From Acidimicrobiales bacterium (GTDB taxonomy: Bacteria; Actinomycetota; Acidimicrobiia; Acidimicrobiales; CATQHL01), in assembly GCA_963668565.2 (NCBI GenBank), contig CAXXMX010000009.1, positions 9,301 through 73,300 on the forward strand: 64,000 bases of DNA, in the 5' to 3' direction. The notes below the pieces were generated by a model. It saw only the letters and a program-made list of their open reading frames with translations. It did not search any database and was not told the origin of the DNA. The translations under genes and the position numbers were made by a program. Shown here in pieces: positions 27,376-35,379 of this stretch. Position 1 is the stretch's first letter. Every line of letters begins with the position of its first letter.

Positions 27376-29163
27376 CTAGCGCAGTTGCGCGGGACCGAGG
27401 GCGGCGAGGATGTCGGCGCCGCCGGTCACAGCCGGGGCCAGCGCCGCCGCCGGCGGCAGTAGCTGCCGGCAGAAGAACTCGGCGGTGACCTGCTTGGCCT
27501 CCAGAGCTTCGGCCTCCGCTCCGGTCGCCCCGGAGGCGATCTCAGCCCGCGCGACCTCTGCCGAACGGGCTAGCAGCCACGCACCGACCACGCTGGCCAG
27601 CAGGCGCAGGTACGGGGTGGCGCCCGCCAGGGCGGCGTCGCCCGGATGCGCCAGCAGCCAGTCGGTGCAGGAGCGTGCCGCAGCGGCGGCCTCCAGCAGC
27701 GGCGCCTGCAGAGCCGTGAGGTCGTCGTGCAACGTCTCGGCGGTCGACTCGACGCTGTCGAGCAACTCGTGCACGACCGCACCGCTGCGCATGGGCAGCT
27801 TGCGCCCGACGAGGTCAATGGCCTGGATGCCGTTGGTGCCCTCGTAGATGGCGGCAATACGCACGTCCCGGCAGTACTGCGCAGCTCCCGTCTCCTCCAC
27901 ATAGCCCATCCCGCCGTGGACTTGCAGCGCCAGAGAGGTCGTCTCGTTGGCCACGTCGGTGCACCAGGCCTTGGACAGAGGCGTGAGCAGGTCGCACAAC
28001 TCCTGAGCGGCGCGCCGTTCCGCCTCGTCGGGGTGGTGCTGGGCGAGGTCCAGCGCGGTGGCGTTGAAATAGCACAGGCAGCGCATCGCCTCGATGTAGG
28101 CCTTCTGGGTCAGCAACATGCGCCGCACGTCGGGGTGCTCGACTATGGCGGCGCGCTCACCCGGCGCCGTGGTCGGCCGGCGGCCCTGCAGGCGCTCGCA
28201 GGCGTGGTCGACAGACTGCTGGTATGCCCTGTCGGCCACCCCGAGACCTTCCAGGCCGACACCGAGCCGGGCATTGTTCATCATGGTGAACATGTACACC
28301 ATGCCCATGTTCTCCTCGCCGATGAGGTAACCCACGGCGCCGTCGCGCTCGCCGAGCGACATGACACACGTGGGGCTGGCGTGGATGCCCAGCTTGTGTT
28401 CGATGGAGACGCAGGTGATGTCGTTGCGCTCGCCGGGGTGTCCGGAGGCGTCGGGTAGGTACTTGGGGACGATGAAGCACGAGATGCCGCGGGAGCGGGC
28501 AGGGGCGTCAGGCGTGCGGGCCAGGACGAGGTGGATCGTGTTGGCGGTCATGTCGTGCTCACCCCAGGTGATGAAGATCTTCTGGCCGCGCAGGCGGTAG
28601 CTGCCATCGGAGACCTGTTCGGCGCGCGTCGTCAGGGCGCCGAGATCCGAACCGGCGTGGGGTTCGGTGAGCAGCATGGTGGCGGTCCACTCGCCGGCGA
28701 CGAGTTTCGGCAGGTACTCGGCTCGCTGGGCCGGGCTGGCGTGCAGGTCGAGAAGGTGAATGCCACCCTGCGTCAGCAGCGGGCACAGCGACAGTGCCAG
28801 GTTCGAGGCCGTCATCATCTCCTGCAGGGCCAGTCCAACCGCCCACGGCAGGCCGCCTCCGCCGAGTTCGGGGCCGAAGGCCGCCGCGCCCCAGCCCGCA
28901 TCCACGTAGGCCTCGTAGGCGTCGCGGAAGCCGGGGGGCGTCGTGACGGTTCCGTCTTCGTTGTGGACGCTGGGCGTGGAGTCGCCGGTGCGGTTAAGCG
29001 GAGCGAAGACCTCCGAGAAGAACCGGCCGGCCTCGGCGAGGATGTCCTCGATGCTGTCGGGGTCGAAGGAACCGAAGGCCTCCAGCTTGGCCAGAGAGCG
29101 CACGTCGCAGATGTGTTCGAGGACGAACTGCATTTCCCGCAGTGGCGGACGGTAGGTGCTCAT
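27376..29163 (-). CDS. acyl-CoA dehydrogenase, long FadE-type with extra C-terminal domain
   Basis: Started at ATG (complement of 29161-29163) within ORF 27376..29295. MSTYRPPLREMQFVLEH, LTEPHAGSD, IFITWGEHD and IYEGTNGIQAIDLV. Confidence 0.9.
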   Translation of the reverse strand: MSTYRPPLREMQFVLEHICDVRSLAKLEAFGSFDPDSIEDILAEAGRFFSEVFAPLNRTGDSTPSVHNEDGTVTTPPGFRDAYEAYVDAGWGAAAFGPELGGGGLPWAVGLALQEMMTASNLALSLCPLLTQGGIHLLDLHASPAQRAEYLPKLVAGEWTATMLLTEPHAGSDLGALTTRAEQVSDGSYRLRGQKIFITWGEHDMTANTIHLVLARTPDAPARSRGISCFIVPKYLPDASGHPGERNDITCVSIEHKLGIHASPTCVMSLGERDGAVGYLIGEENMGMVYMFTMMNNARLGVGLEGLGVADRAYQQSVDHACERLQGRRPTTAPGERAAIVEHPDVRRMLLTQKAYIEAMRCLCYFNATALDLAQHHPDEAERRAAQELCDLLTPLSKAWCTDVANETTSLALQVHGGMGYVEETGAAQYCRDVRIAAIYEGTNGIQAIDLVGRKLPMRSGAVVHELLDSVESTAETLHDDLTALQAPLLEAAAAARSCTDWLLAHPGDAALAGATPYLRLLASVVGAWLLARSAEVARAEIASGATGAEAEALEAKQVTAEFFCRQLLPPAAALAPAVTGGADILAALGPAQLR

Positions 29164-29468
29164 TGTCTCCTCGAGTCTCGGGTCTCCACCGTTGCGGGCG
29201 CAGGGCGCCGCGACCGGTCGGGGCGATGTTCGCGATTCACGGTACCGGTTCGGCGCCCGGCACCTGCCACCGGAGCGCGCTGCGAACCCGTGCAAGGTGT
29301 CACGCGTGCCGCGAGCGAACGTGCGCGACGCTCACGTGGTGGAACCTGTGAGGAGCGGGAGGGGTTCCTGCCATGGTCGATCCATCCGCCGCGGGCCGCG
29401 CCCGGAGGCATCGGCCCGCGGATCGGCTAGACAACAGCGCCGGAGGAATCACCGAGGGAGGATCCACC

Positions 29469-29966
29469 ATGCCCGAAATCGAATTTCGCGGGAACATCAT
29501 GCACACCGGGGGCGACCTGCCCGGCGTGGGTGCGCCTGCTCCGGACTTCAGCCTGACCGGTGCCGGCTTGGCACCTGTGAGCCTTAGCGACTTCGCGGGA
29601 CAGAGCGTCGTGCTGAACATCTTCCCGAGCATCGACACGCCAACGTGCGCCACGTCGGTGCGGACCTTCAACGAGCGCGCCGCGGGCCTCGGCAACACCA
29701 CCGTCCTGTGCGTCTCGGTCGACCTGCCGTTCGCAGCCGCACGGTTCTGCGGCGACGAGGGCATCGAGAACGTGTCCTGCGCGTCGACGTTCCGCTCGCC
29801 GGACTTCTACGACTCCTACGGCGTGCAGCTCACCGACGGCCCGCTGGCAGGGCTGTGCGCGAGGGCCGTGGTCGTCATTGACGAGGACGGCAACGTCGCC
29901 CATACCGAACTCGTGAACCCGATCAGCGACGAACCCGACTACGAAGCCGCTCTGAGCGCTCTGTAG
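29469..29966 (+). CDS. tpx: thiol peroxidase (atypical 2-Cys peroxiredoxin)
   Basis: MPEIEFRGNIMHTGGDLPGVGAPAPDFSLTG...LNIFPSIDTPTCATSVRTFNERAA...LCVSVDLPFAAARFCG matches the Tpx pattern closely, including the peroxidatic Cys in DTPTC. Confidence 0.9.
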   Translation: MPEIEFRGNIMHTGGDLPGVGAPAPDFSLTGAGLAPVSLSDFAGQSVVLNIFPSIDTPTCATSVRTFNERAAGLGNTTVLCVSVDLPFAAARFCGDEGIENVSCASTFRSPDFYDSYGVQLTDGPLAGLCARAVVVIDEDGNVAHTELVNPISDEPDYEAALSAL

Positions 29967-30023
29967 CAAGCGCCCTTCGCAACCAACAAAGCGGCCGGCA
30001 TGTAGCGGCCGACGGAGCGATCG

Positions 30024-31217
30024 ATGACCCCAGCGCTCGACGGACTTCGCGTCCTGGAGACAGGCGTCCTACTGGCCGGACCCTTCTGCGGGCAGCTCCT
30101 CGCCGACTTCGGTGCCGAGGTCATCAAGATCGAGCAACCCGGTGTCGGCGACCCGATGCGCCAGTGGGGTCGAGAGAAGTCCGGGGGGCACTCGCTGTGG
30201 TGGCCCGTCGTGGCCCGCAACAAGAAGTCGGTCACCCTGAACCTGCGCGAGCCCCGCGGCCAGGACCTCGTACGGCGACTCGCCGCCTCCAGCGACATCC
30301 TGGTCGAGAACTTCCGGCCCGGGACGCTGGAGCGCTGGGGCCTCGGCTACGAGGAGCTCTCGGCGATCAATCCCCGCCTGATTCTGGTACGGGTCACGGG
30401 CTTCGGCCAGACCGGTCCGTACTCCGGGCGGCCCGGCTATGGCTCGGTCGGCGAGGCCATGGGAGGGCTGCGGTACGTGGTCGGCAGCCCCGACTCCGCG
30501 CCGAGCCGGGTCGGCATCAGCATCGGCGACACCCTGGCGGCGACGTTTGCCTGCGTCGGAGCGCTCTGCGCCCTGCACGCCCGCGAGCGCACGGGCCGTG
30601 GTCAGGTGGTGGACTCGGCCATCTACGAGGCGGTGCTGGGGGTGATGGAGTCGCTGATACCCGAGTACGCCGTGGCCGGGTACATACGCGAGCGGAGCGG
30701 GGCCATCATTCCCAACGTTGCGCCGTCCAACGTGTACCCCACCGCGGATGGGCAGATGGTGATCATCGCCGCCAACCAGGACACGGTCTTCGCCCGGCTG
30801 GCCGACGCCATGGGCCGGTCCGATCTGGCCGGCGATGAGCGCTACGCCACACACGTGGCGCGCGGCGCGCACCAAGCCGAATTGGACGAGTTGATCGCCG
30901 CCTGGACGGCCGGGCTCGATGCGGAGGAGCTGAACGAGGTCCTGTTGCAGCACGGCGTGCCGACGGGGCACATCTACCGGGCGCCGGAGATGCTGCGCGA
31001 CCCCCATTTCGCGGCTCGCGAGGCCATCGTGCGCCTCACCCATCCCGAGATCGGCGAAGTGCCGATGCAGAACGTCGTGCCGAAACTGTCCGAGACGCCC
31101 GGACGGCTCCGCTGGCCGGGCCCCGACCTCGGAGCGCACAACGAGGAGATACTGGCGGGTCTACTCGGCCTCGACAGCGACGAGGTAGCCGAACTGCTCG
31201 CCGACGGCATTGTCTGA
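30024..31217 (+). CDS. CaiB/BaiF family (type III) CoA-transferase
   Basis: 397 aa. LDGLRVLETGVLLAGPFCGQLLADFGAEVIKIE and ENFRPGTLERWGLGYEEL. Confidence 0.9.
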   Translation: MTPALDGLRVLETGVLLAGPFCGQLLADFGAEVIKIEQPGVGDPMRQWGREKSGGHSLWWPVVARNKKSVTLNLREPRGQDLVRRLAASSDILVENFRPGTLERWGLGYEELSAINPRLILVRVTGFGQTGPYSGRPGYGSVGEAMGGLRYVVGSPDSAPSRVGISIGDTLAATFACVGALCALHARERTGRGQVVDSAIYEAVLGVMESLIPEYAVAGYIRERSGAIIPNVAPSNVYPTADGQMVIIAANQDTVFARLADAMGRSDLAGDERYATHVARGAHQAELDELIAAWTAGLDAEELNEVLLQHGVPTGHIYRAPEMLRDPHFAAREAIVRLTHPEIGEVPMQNVVPKLSETPGRLRWPGPDLGAHNEEILAGLLGLDSDEVAELLADGIV

Positions 31218-31260
31218 CCGGTTGCACCGCGGCGCGCCGAGCCGGGATCGCGATCACCGA

Positions 31261-32811
31261 TCACCCCCGGGGGGCAAGCTCCCTATCCAACCTGACGGGC
31301 CGGGAAACACGCCGGCGCGGCCGCAGCACTACGGTCGCCAAGAGGGCAGCGACAGCGACCGCGCCCAGGGTTATGAGGGCGGTCTGCCCCACGGCCGTGG
31401 TGAACGCCTGCTCTCCGGCGATCTCGTAGAGCAGTCCGTCGGCCGCCGACACGCCCGGCGGCGCTGCACTGCGGCCGAGGGCCAGATCACCGATGATCCC
31501 CTCCGGCACGTCGGGGTCGAGGCCGGTGTCTTCCAGCAGCCTCTGGTAGATGTCACCGACACGCGAGGCGACAAGGGATCCGATGATCGCGAACGAGAGG
31601 AGTTGGCCGAGCTGTAGCGCCACCGTGTGAGCCCCCGTGATGAGGCCGCTGCGGGAAGTCGGTGCCGAGCTGAGGGCCAAGTGGAGCGAGACCGCCGGGA
31701 ACACGGACATCGCGCCCCCCACGAGTCCCAACGAGATCCCGATGAGAGCGTACGAGGACGACGGGCTCATGCGGGAGAGAGTCGCCAGGCCCGCTACATC
31801 CAGCAGCACGGCGGCTCCGAGCATGCGCCCGAGACCGAACCGTTCGAGCAGGCGTATGGCGAATGGGGAGATCAGGGCCGCCACGATGCCGAACGGCATG
31901 AAGGCGACGCCGGCGACCAGCGGGGAGAACCCGAGCACGGTCTGCAGATGCGTGATGACGAAGAACATCGTCCCGACGATGGGGACCATCGCCAGCAGCA
32001 TGATGGTGAGGCCCGCGGCGAGCCTCCGACGGTCGTACCCCGAGTCCGGGCCCGTGCCGTCCCGGAATCGCAGAATGATCACCATCAGCGCTAGCACTGC
32101 CACCCCCGCAGTCATCCGCCAGAGAGCCGAGGAGGCCCCCCAGCCGTCCTGACCGGCGCTGATCAATCCCCAGATCAGCAAGGCCAGGCCGACCGAGCCC
32201 GCCAGGCTCGGCACGACCGGCAGATGGGCCGCAGTAGGCGAAACCGGCTCTCCCCGGACGCCGAACAACGTTGGAGCCAGGGCGGCAAGCGTCAAGGCGC
32301 CTGACACCCAGAAGATCGACGACCACGGCCCCACGCGCAGGAGTAACCCGCCGACCGGAGGGCCGATGGCCACACCGCCTAGCGCTCCGGTGAACCACAG
32401 GCCCAGCGCCAAGGTGAGCGGGCGCCCCGGCGGCAGGTGCGCCCGTAGCAGCGCCACCGACGCCGGGAACGCCAGCGCCGCGCCCGTGCCTGTGAGCGCC
32501 CTCAGGCCGATCAGCGTGCCCATACTCCCGGCGAAGGCGTTGCCGACCGAACCGGCCAGGAAGAGTGCCAGCCCGCAGCGGAGGATGACCGAGGCGCCGA
32601 ACCGGTCCGCCAGGCCGCCACCAAGGGTTACCAGAGCCGCCAGCGGCAGGAGGAAACCCGAGAACATCCACTGTGTCGTGGACAGGTCGGCGCCGAGGGC
32701 TTCGGTGATGGACGGCGCCGCCAGCAGCACGGTCGACTGGTCGAGGTTCAGGACCAGGGACGTGAGGGTCGCCGAAGCCGTCACCCCCCAGTGGGATCGT
32801 TCCGCGGTCAC
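31261..32811 (-). CDS. MFS transporter (14-TMS DHA2/EmrB-like drug:H+ antiporter type)
   Basis: 516 aa, polytopic, with GGLADRFG (MFS motif A-like) in loop 2-3. Confidence 0.85.
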   Translation of the reverse strand: MTAERSHWGVTASATLTSLVLNLDQSTVLLAAPSITEALGADLSTTQWMFSGFLLPLAALVTLGGGLADRFGASVILRCGLALFLAGSVGNAFAGSMGTLIGLRALTGTGAALAFPASVALLRAHLPPGRPLTLALGLWFTGALGGVAIGPPVGGLLLRVGPWSSIFWVSGALTLAALAPTLFGVRGEPVSPTAAHLPVVPSLAGSVGLALLIWGLISAGQDGWGASSALWRMTAGVAVLALMVIILRFRDGTGPDSGYDRRRLAAGLTIMLLAMVPIVGTMFFVITHLQTVLGFSPLVAGVAFMPFGIVAALISPFAIRLLERFGLGRMLGAAVLLDVAGLATLSRMSPSSSYALIGISLGLVGGAMSVFPAVSLHLALSSAPTSRSGLITGAHTVALQLGQLLSFAIIGSLVASRVGDIYQRLLEDTGLDPDVPEGIIGDLALGRSAAPPGVSAADGLLYEIAGEQAFTTAVGQTALITLGAVAVAALLATVVLRPRRRVSRPVRLDRELAPRG

Positions 32812-33108
32812 TTGTGGTCCGAGCGCGCGGGAGAGCCGGTCACTCTCCCTCGATGCGGTCCACGAACGACATCACGGCGACGGCACAGTCCCTCGGACAC
32901 TCCGGCGCGACCGTCATCCCCCGTTGGACGTTGGGATCGGGTCCCGGACCCTCGACGTGCCCGCTGTGGGAAACGGTCTCGTGCGCCTTCACGGTCTACG
33001 AGTACAGCACTGTCCAAGGCGACCTGCACCTGCTACCGACGTCGGCCATGAACTGGTAGAAGTTCCGGACGTCGAACGCCTCGCTGCAACCGTAGGCGCG
33101 AGGAACCG

Positions 33109-33732
33109 CTACACCATCTCGTTGCTGTGGTGGTGTGGGCAGAACCTGCTGGTCGCCCAGGAGTGCCAGCCCGAGAGTTGGGGATCCTTGACGAGCAGGG
33201 CGGCAGCGCCAATGTTCACTGCGGGATCGAGGTACGTCTCGTCGCTGCGCCCGAACCGCTTCACCATGCGCTCGTGATATTCCGAGCCGATCCACCAGTC
33301 GGAGTTGATCTGCATCAAGCCGAACGAGCCGCGTGCCGGGTCGTCTCGATTCGTGAGGCTGGGGTCGCCGCCGGACTCGTAGGACATGACGCACAACGCC
33401 GTGGCGGCATCGGTCGGGTCGAAGACAGCGCACACGGTGGATGACCAACGCATCACCGTGTCGCGATCGACAATCTCGCTCAGGATCGGCTCTCCTTGCG
33501 GGCAGGCGCCCTCACGGCCACGTGGGGGGCTATCGGGAACCTGAACTGCGAACCAGACGCTGTAGGCCTCGAAGGGAGAGCACCCCAGGAGCCCCAGCGA
33601 CGCACAGAGACCGACCGCGATCGCCGCGACACGCCGGGCGCGCGACGAGGGCGGCCGGCGTGTCGCGGTCTGGCGGGCACCGGCTCGTCTCGCATCGGCA
33701 CGGCGACGGGGGAATCGAAGGGGGAAAAGCAC
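33109..33732 (-). CDS. lysozyme-like / lytic transglycosylase domain lipoprotein
   Basis: Lipobox LGLLGCSP. Catalytic-region pattern SYESGGDPSLTNRD...GSFGLMQINSDWW is typical of the SLT/goose-lysozyme-like fold. Confidence 0.6.
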   Translation of the reverse strand: MLFPLRFPRRRADARRAGARQTATRRPPSSRARRVAAIAVGLCASLGLLGCSPFEAYSVWFAVQVPDSPPRGREGACPQGEPILSEIVDRDTVMRWSSTVCAVFDPTDAATALCVMSYESGGDPSLTNRDDPARGSFGLMQINSDWWIGSEYHERMVKRFGRSDETYLDPAVNIGAAALLVKDPQLSGWHSWATSRFCPHHHSNEMV

Positions 33733-33840
33733 CGGAGCAGGTTAAGCACTCGATGGGGAGGATTGTCACATGAGGTGATGTGACATATGTCAAACAGACC
33801 ACCGAGTGGAAGATGTCAACTACGCGACCGCCGGATCACC

Positions 33841-34987
33841 GTGTGGGTGCCGGAAACCCGGTCGTGGCTGGTCAGGCCGCATGTCGGTACTCGCTGACGA
33901 GTCCGTCGCATCGTGTCGATTTCACGGCTTCGAGGTGCTGGTATGGCTGGTTCGGAGGGTCGGGCGGGTCCGGGGGTCGCTGGGCGAGTGAGCGGTGGGG
34001 GCGGTGGGTGTTGTAGTGGTCGATGTAGTCGATGATGAGTCGTTGGAGTTGTTGGTGGTTCCAGATGATGGTGCGGTCGAGCAGCTCGCGGCGCAGGGTT
34101 GCGATCCAGCGTTCGGCGAACGCGTTCGCGACCGGCGTCTGGAGGGGTGTCTTGAGGACCTTGCAGCCTTGGGTTCTGAAGATCTCGTCGAATGCTCGAG
34201 TGAATTGGCTGCCGTGGTCGCGCACGAGCGCACGCGTCCCAGCGAGCCCGTCGGCGTGGTGGAGGAACAGGTTCCGCGCTGCTTGGGTGGTCCAGGCGCC
34301 CGTGGGGTGTTCGGTGATCCCGCCGAAGTACACGCTTCGGCTGCCGATCTGGATGAAGAACAGCAAGTAGAACCTGCGCAACAAGACGGTATCGACGGTT
34401 GCGAAGTCGCAGGCCACGGCTGCTTGGGACCGGAGGAACTCGGACCACGTCACCTTCGATCGCGTGGGTGCGGGTTCAATGCCGGCGTTCTTGAGGATCT
34501 GCCAGATAGTTGACGCTGCGATGGTGTGGCCGAGCCCGAGCAGTTCGCCGTGGATGCGGCGGTAGCCCCACGTCGGATTCTCCGCTGCGAGGCGCAGTGT
34601 GAGTCGGCGAAGCTCCGTTGAGGTCGATGGTCGATCCGGCGGTCGCTGTGGTTGGGCCCAGTGTCCGACGATGCGGCGCCGGTGCCAACGCAACAGTGTG
34701 TCGGGGGTGACCAGCCACCCGGCTCGGCTCGGTCGCGCGAGCGCGGCCGCTATCGCCCCGAGCAAGCTCCGGTCGGCGTCGGTGAGTTCGGGTCGGTTGA
34801 CCTGCCGGCGCAGCACAGCGAGTTGGTGGCGCAACACGATGATCTCGAGGTCCTTGGAGCGGCCTGACCGCACAGTGAGTCGAGCCAGTGATGCCAGGAA
34901 TCGGTACAAGATTCGGTACACAAGGACTCAGTATCGGCCCGCATCGCGGGAGGTCAACGACCATGGCCGAGTTCCCGGCACCCACAC
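33841..34987 (-). mobile_element. IS481-like insertion sequence (1,147 bp) inserted into an ISL3 transposase gene
   Basis: Terminal inverted repeats gtgtgggtgccggaaa (33841-33856) and ttcccggcacccacac (34972-34987) match at 15/16 positions as reverse complements. They bracket a single rve-type transposase ORF. Confidence 0.75.
33872..34921 (-). CDS. IS481/IS3-superfamily DDE transposase (integrase core domain, single ORF)
   Basis: 349 aa. N-terminal HTH region with DLEIIVLRHQLAVLRRQV, then an rve-like core (WSEFLRSQAAVACDFATVDT...RDHGSQFT...ERW). Confidence 0.85.
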   Translation of the reverse strand: MYRILYRFLASLARLTVRSGRSKDLEIIVLRHQLAVLRRQVNRPELTDADRSLLGAIAAALARPSRAGWLVTPDTLLRWHRRRIVGHWAQPQRPPDRPSTSTELRRLTLRLAAENPTWGYRRIHGELLGLGHTIAASTIWQILKNAGIEPAPTRSKVTWSEFLRSQAAVACDFATVDTVLLRRFYLLFFIQIGSRSVYFGGITEHPTGAWTTQAARNLFLHHADGLAGTRALVRDHGSQFTRAFDEIFRTQGCKVLKTPLQTPVANAFAERWIATLRRELLDRTIIWNHQQLQRLIIDYIDHYNTHRPHRSLAQRPPDPPDPPNQPYQHLEAVKSTRCDGLVSEYRHAA

Positions 34988-35379
34988 CCTCGAAGGCCGG
35001 GTGGTCCTCCAAGAACCGGCTACCGCAGTTGCCGCACACCATCCTGCGCCGCTGCCACACCAACGTCATGCGCCGTCCCGACACCTCCAGGTCCCGGACC
35101 CTCTTGGCGCGGCGGTCGTGCACCCGGTGGCACTTGAACCCGCACTGCGCACAGCGCAGCCGCCTGAACGTGGACTCGACGCTCACCACAAGCGCGCCCG
35201 GGGTGTCCTCGACCACCTCCAACACACGGATCTGCGGCAAGTGCAGCCGAACTGTCATAACATCGCAAGCCATCGGCGCCCTCCTGGATCGTGATCTCTC
35301 AATCACCGATTCCAGCAGGGCCTCGACCCCTACTCAGGGACCCTCAACCACCCACCTCCCCACGTTTCCGCGAAGGCTC
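34988..35379 (-). mobile_element. ISL3-family element remnant: left inverted repeat plus the first 90-107 codons of the transposase (zf-ISL3 region), interrupted by the IS481-like element
   Basis: Minus-strand translation from ATG 35258: MTVRLHLPQIRVLEVVEDTPGALVVSVESTFRRLRCAQCGFKCHRVHDRRAKRVRDLEVSGRRMTLVWQRRRMVCGNCGSRFLEDHPAFEG, the ISL3 N-terminal zinc-finger pattern. The putative IR gagccttcgcggaaacg (complement of 35363-35379) resembles the IR of the second ISL3 at 52605-52619. Confidence 0.6.

Noticed and set aside
34476-35306. 276-aa ORF as a single real gene
   Set aside because: It is a chimera. About 107 codons of ISL3 transposase N-terminus read through the IS481-like inverted repeat into the out-of-frame 5' part of the IS481-like transposase gene.
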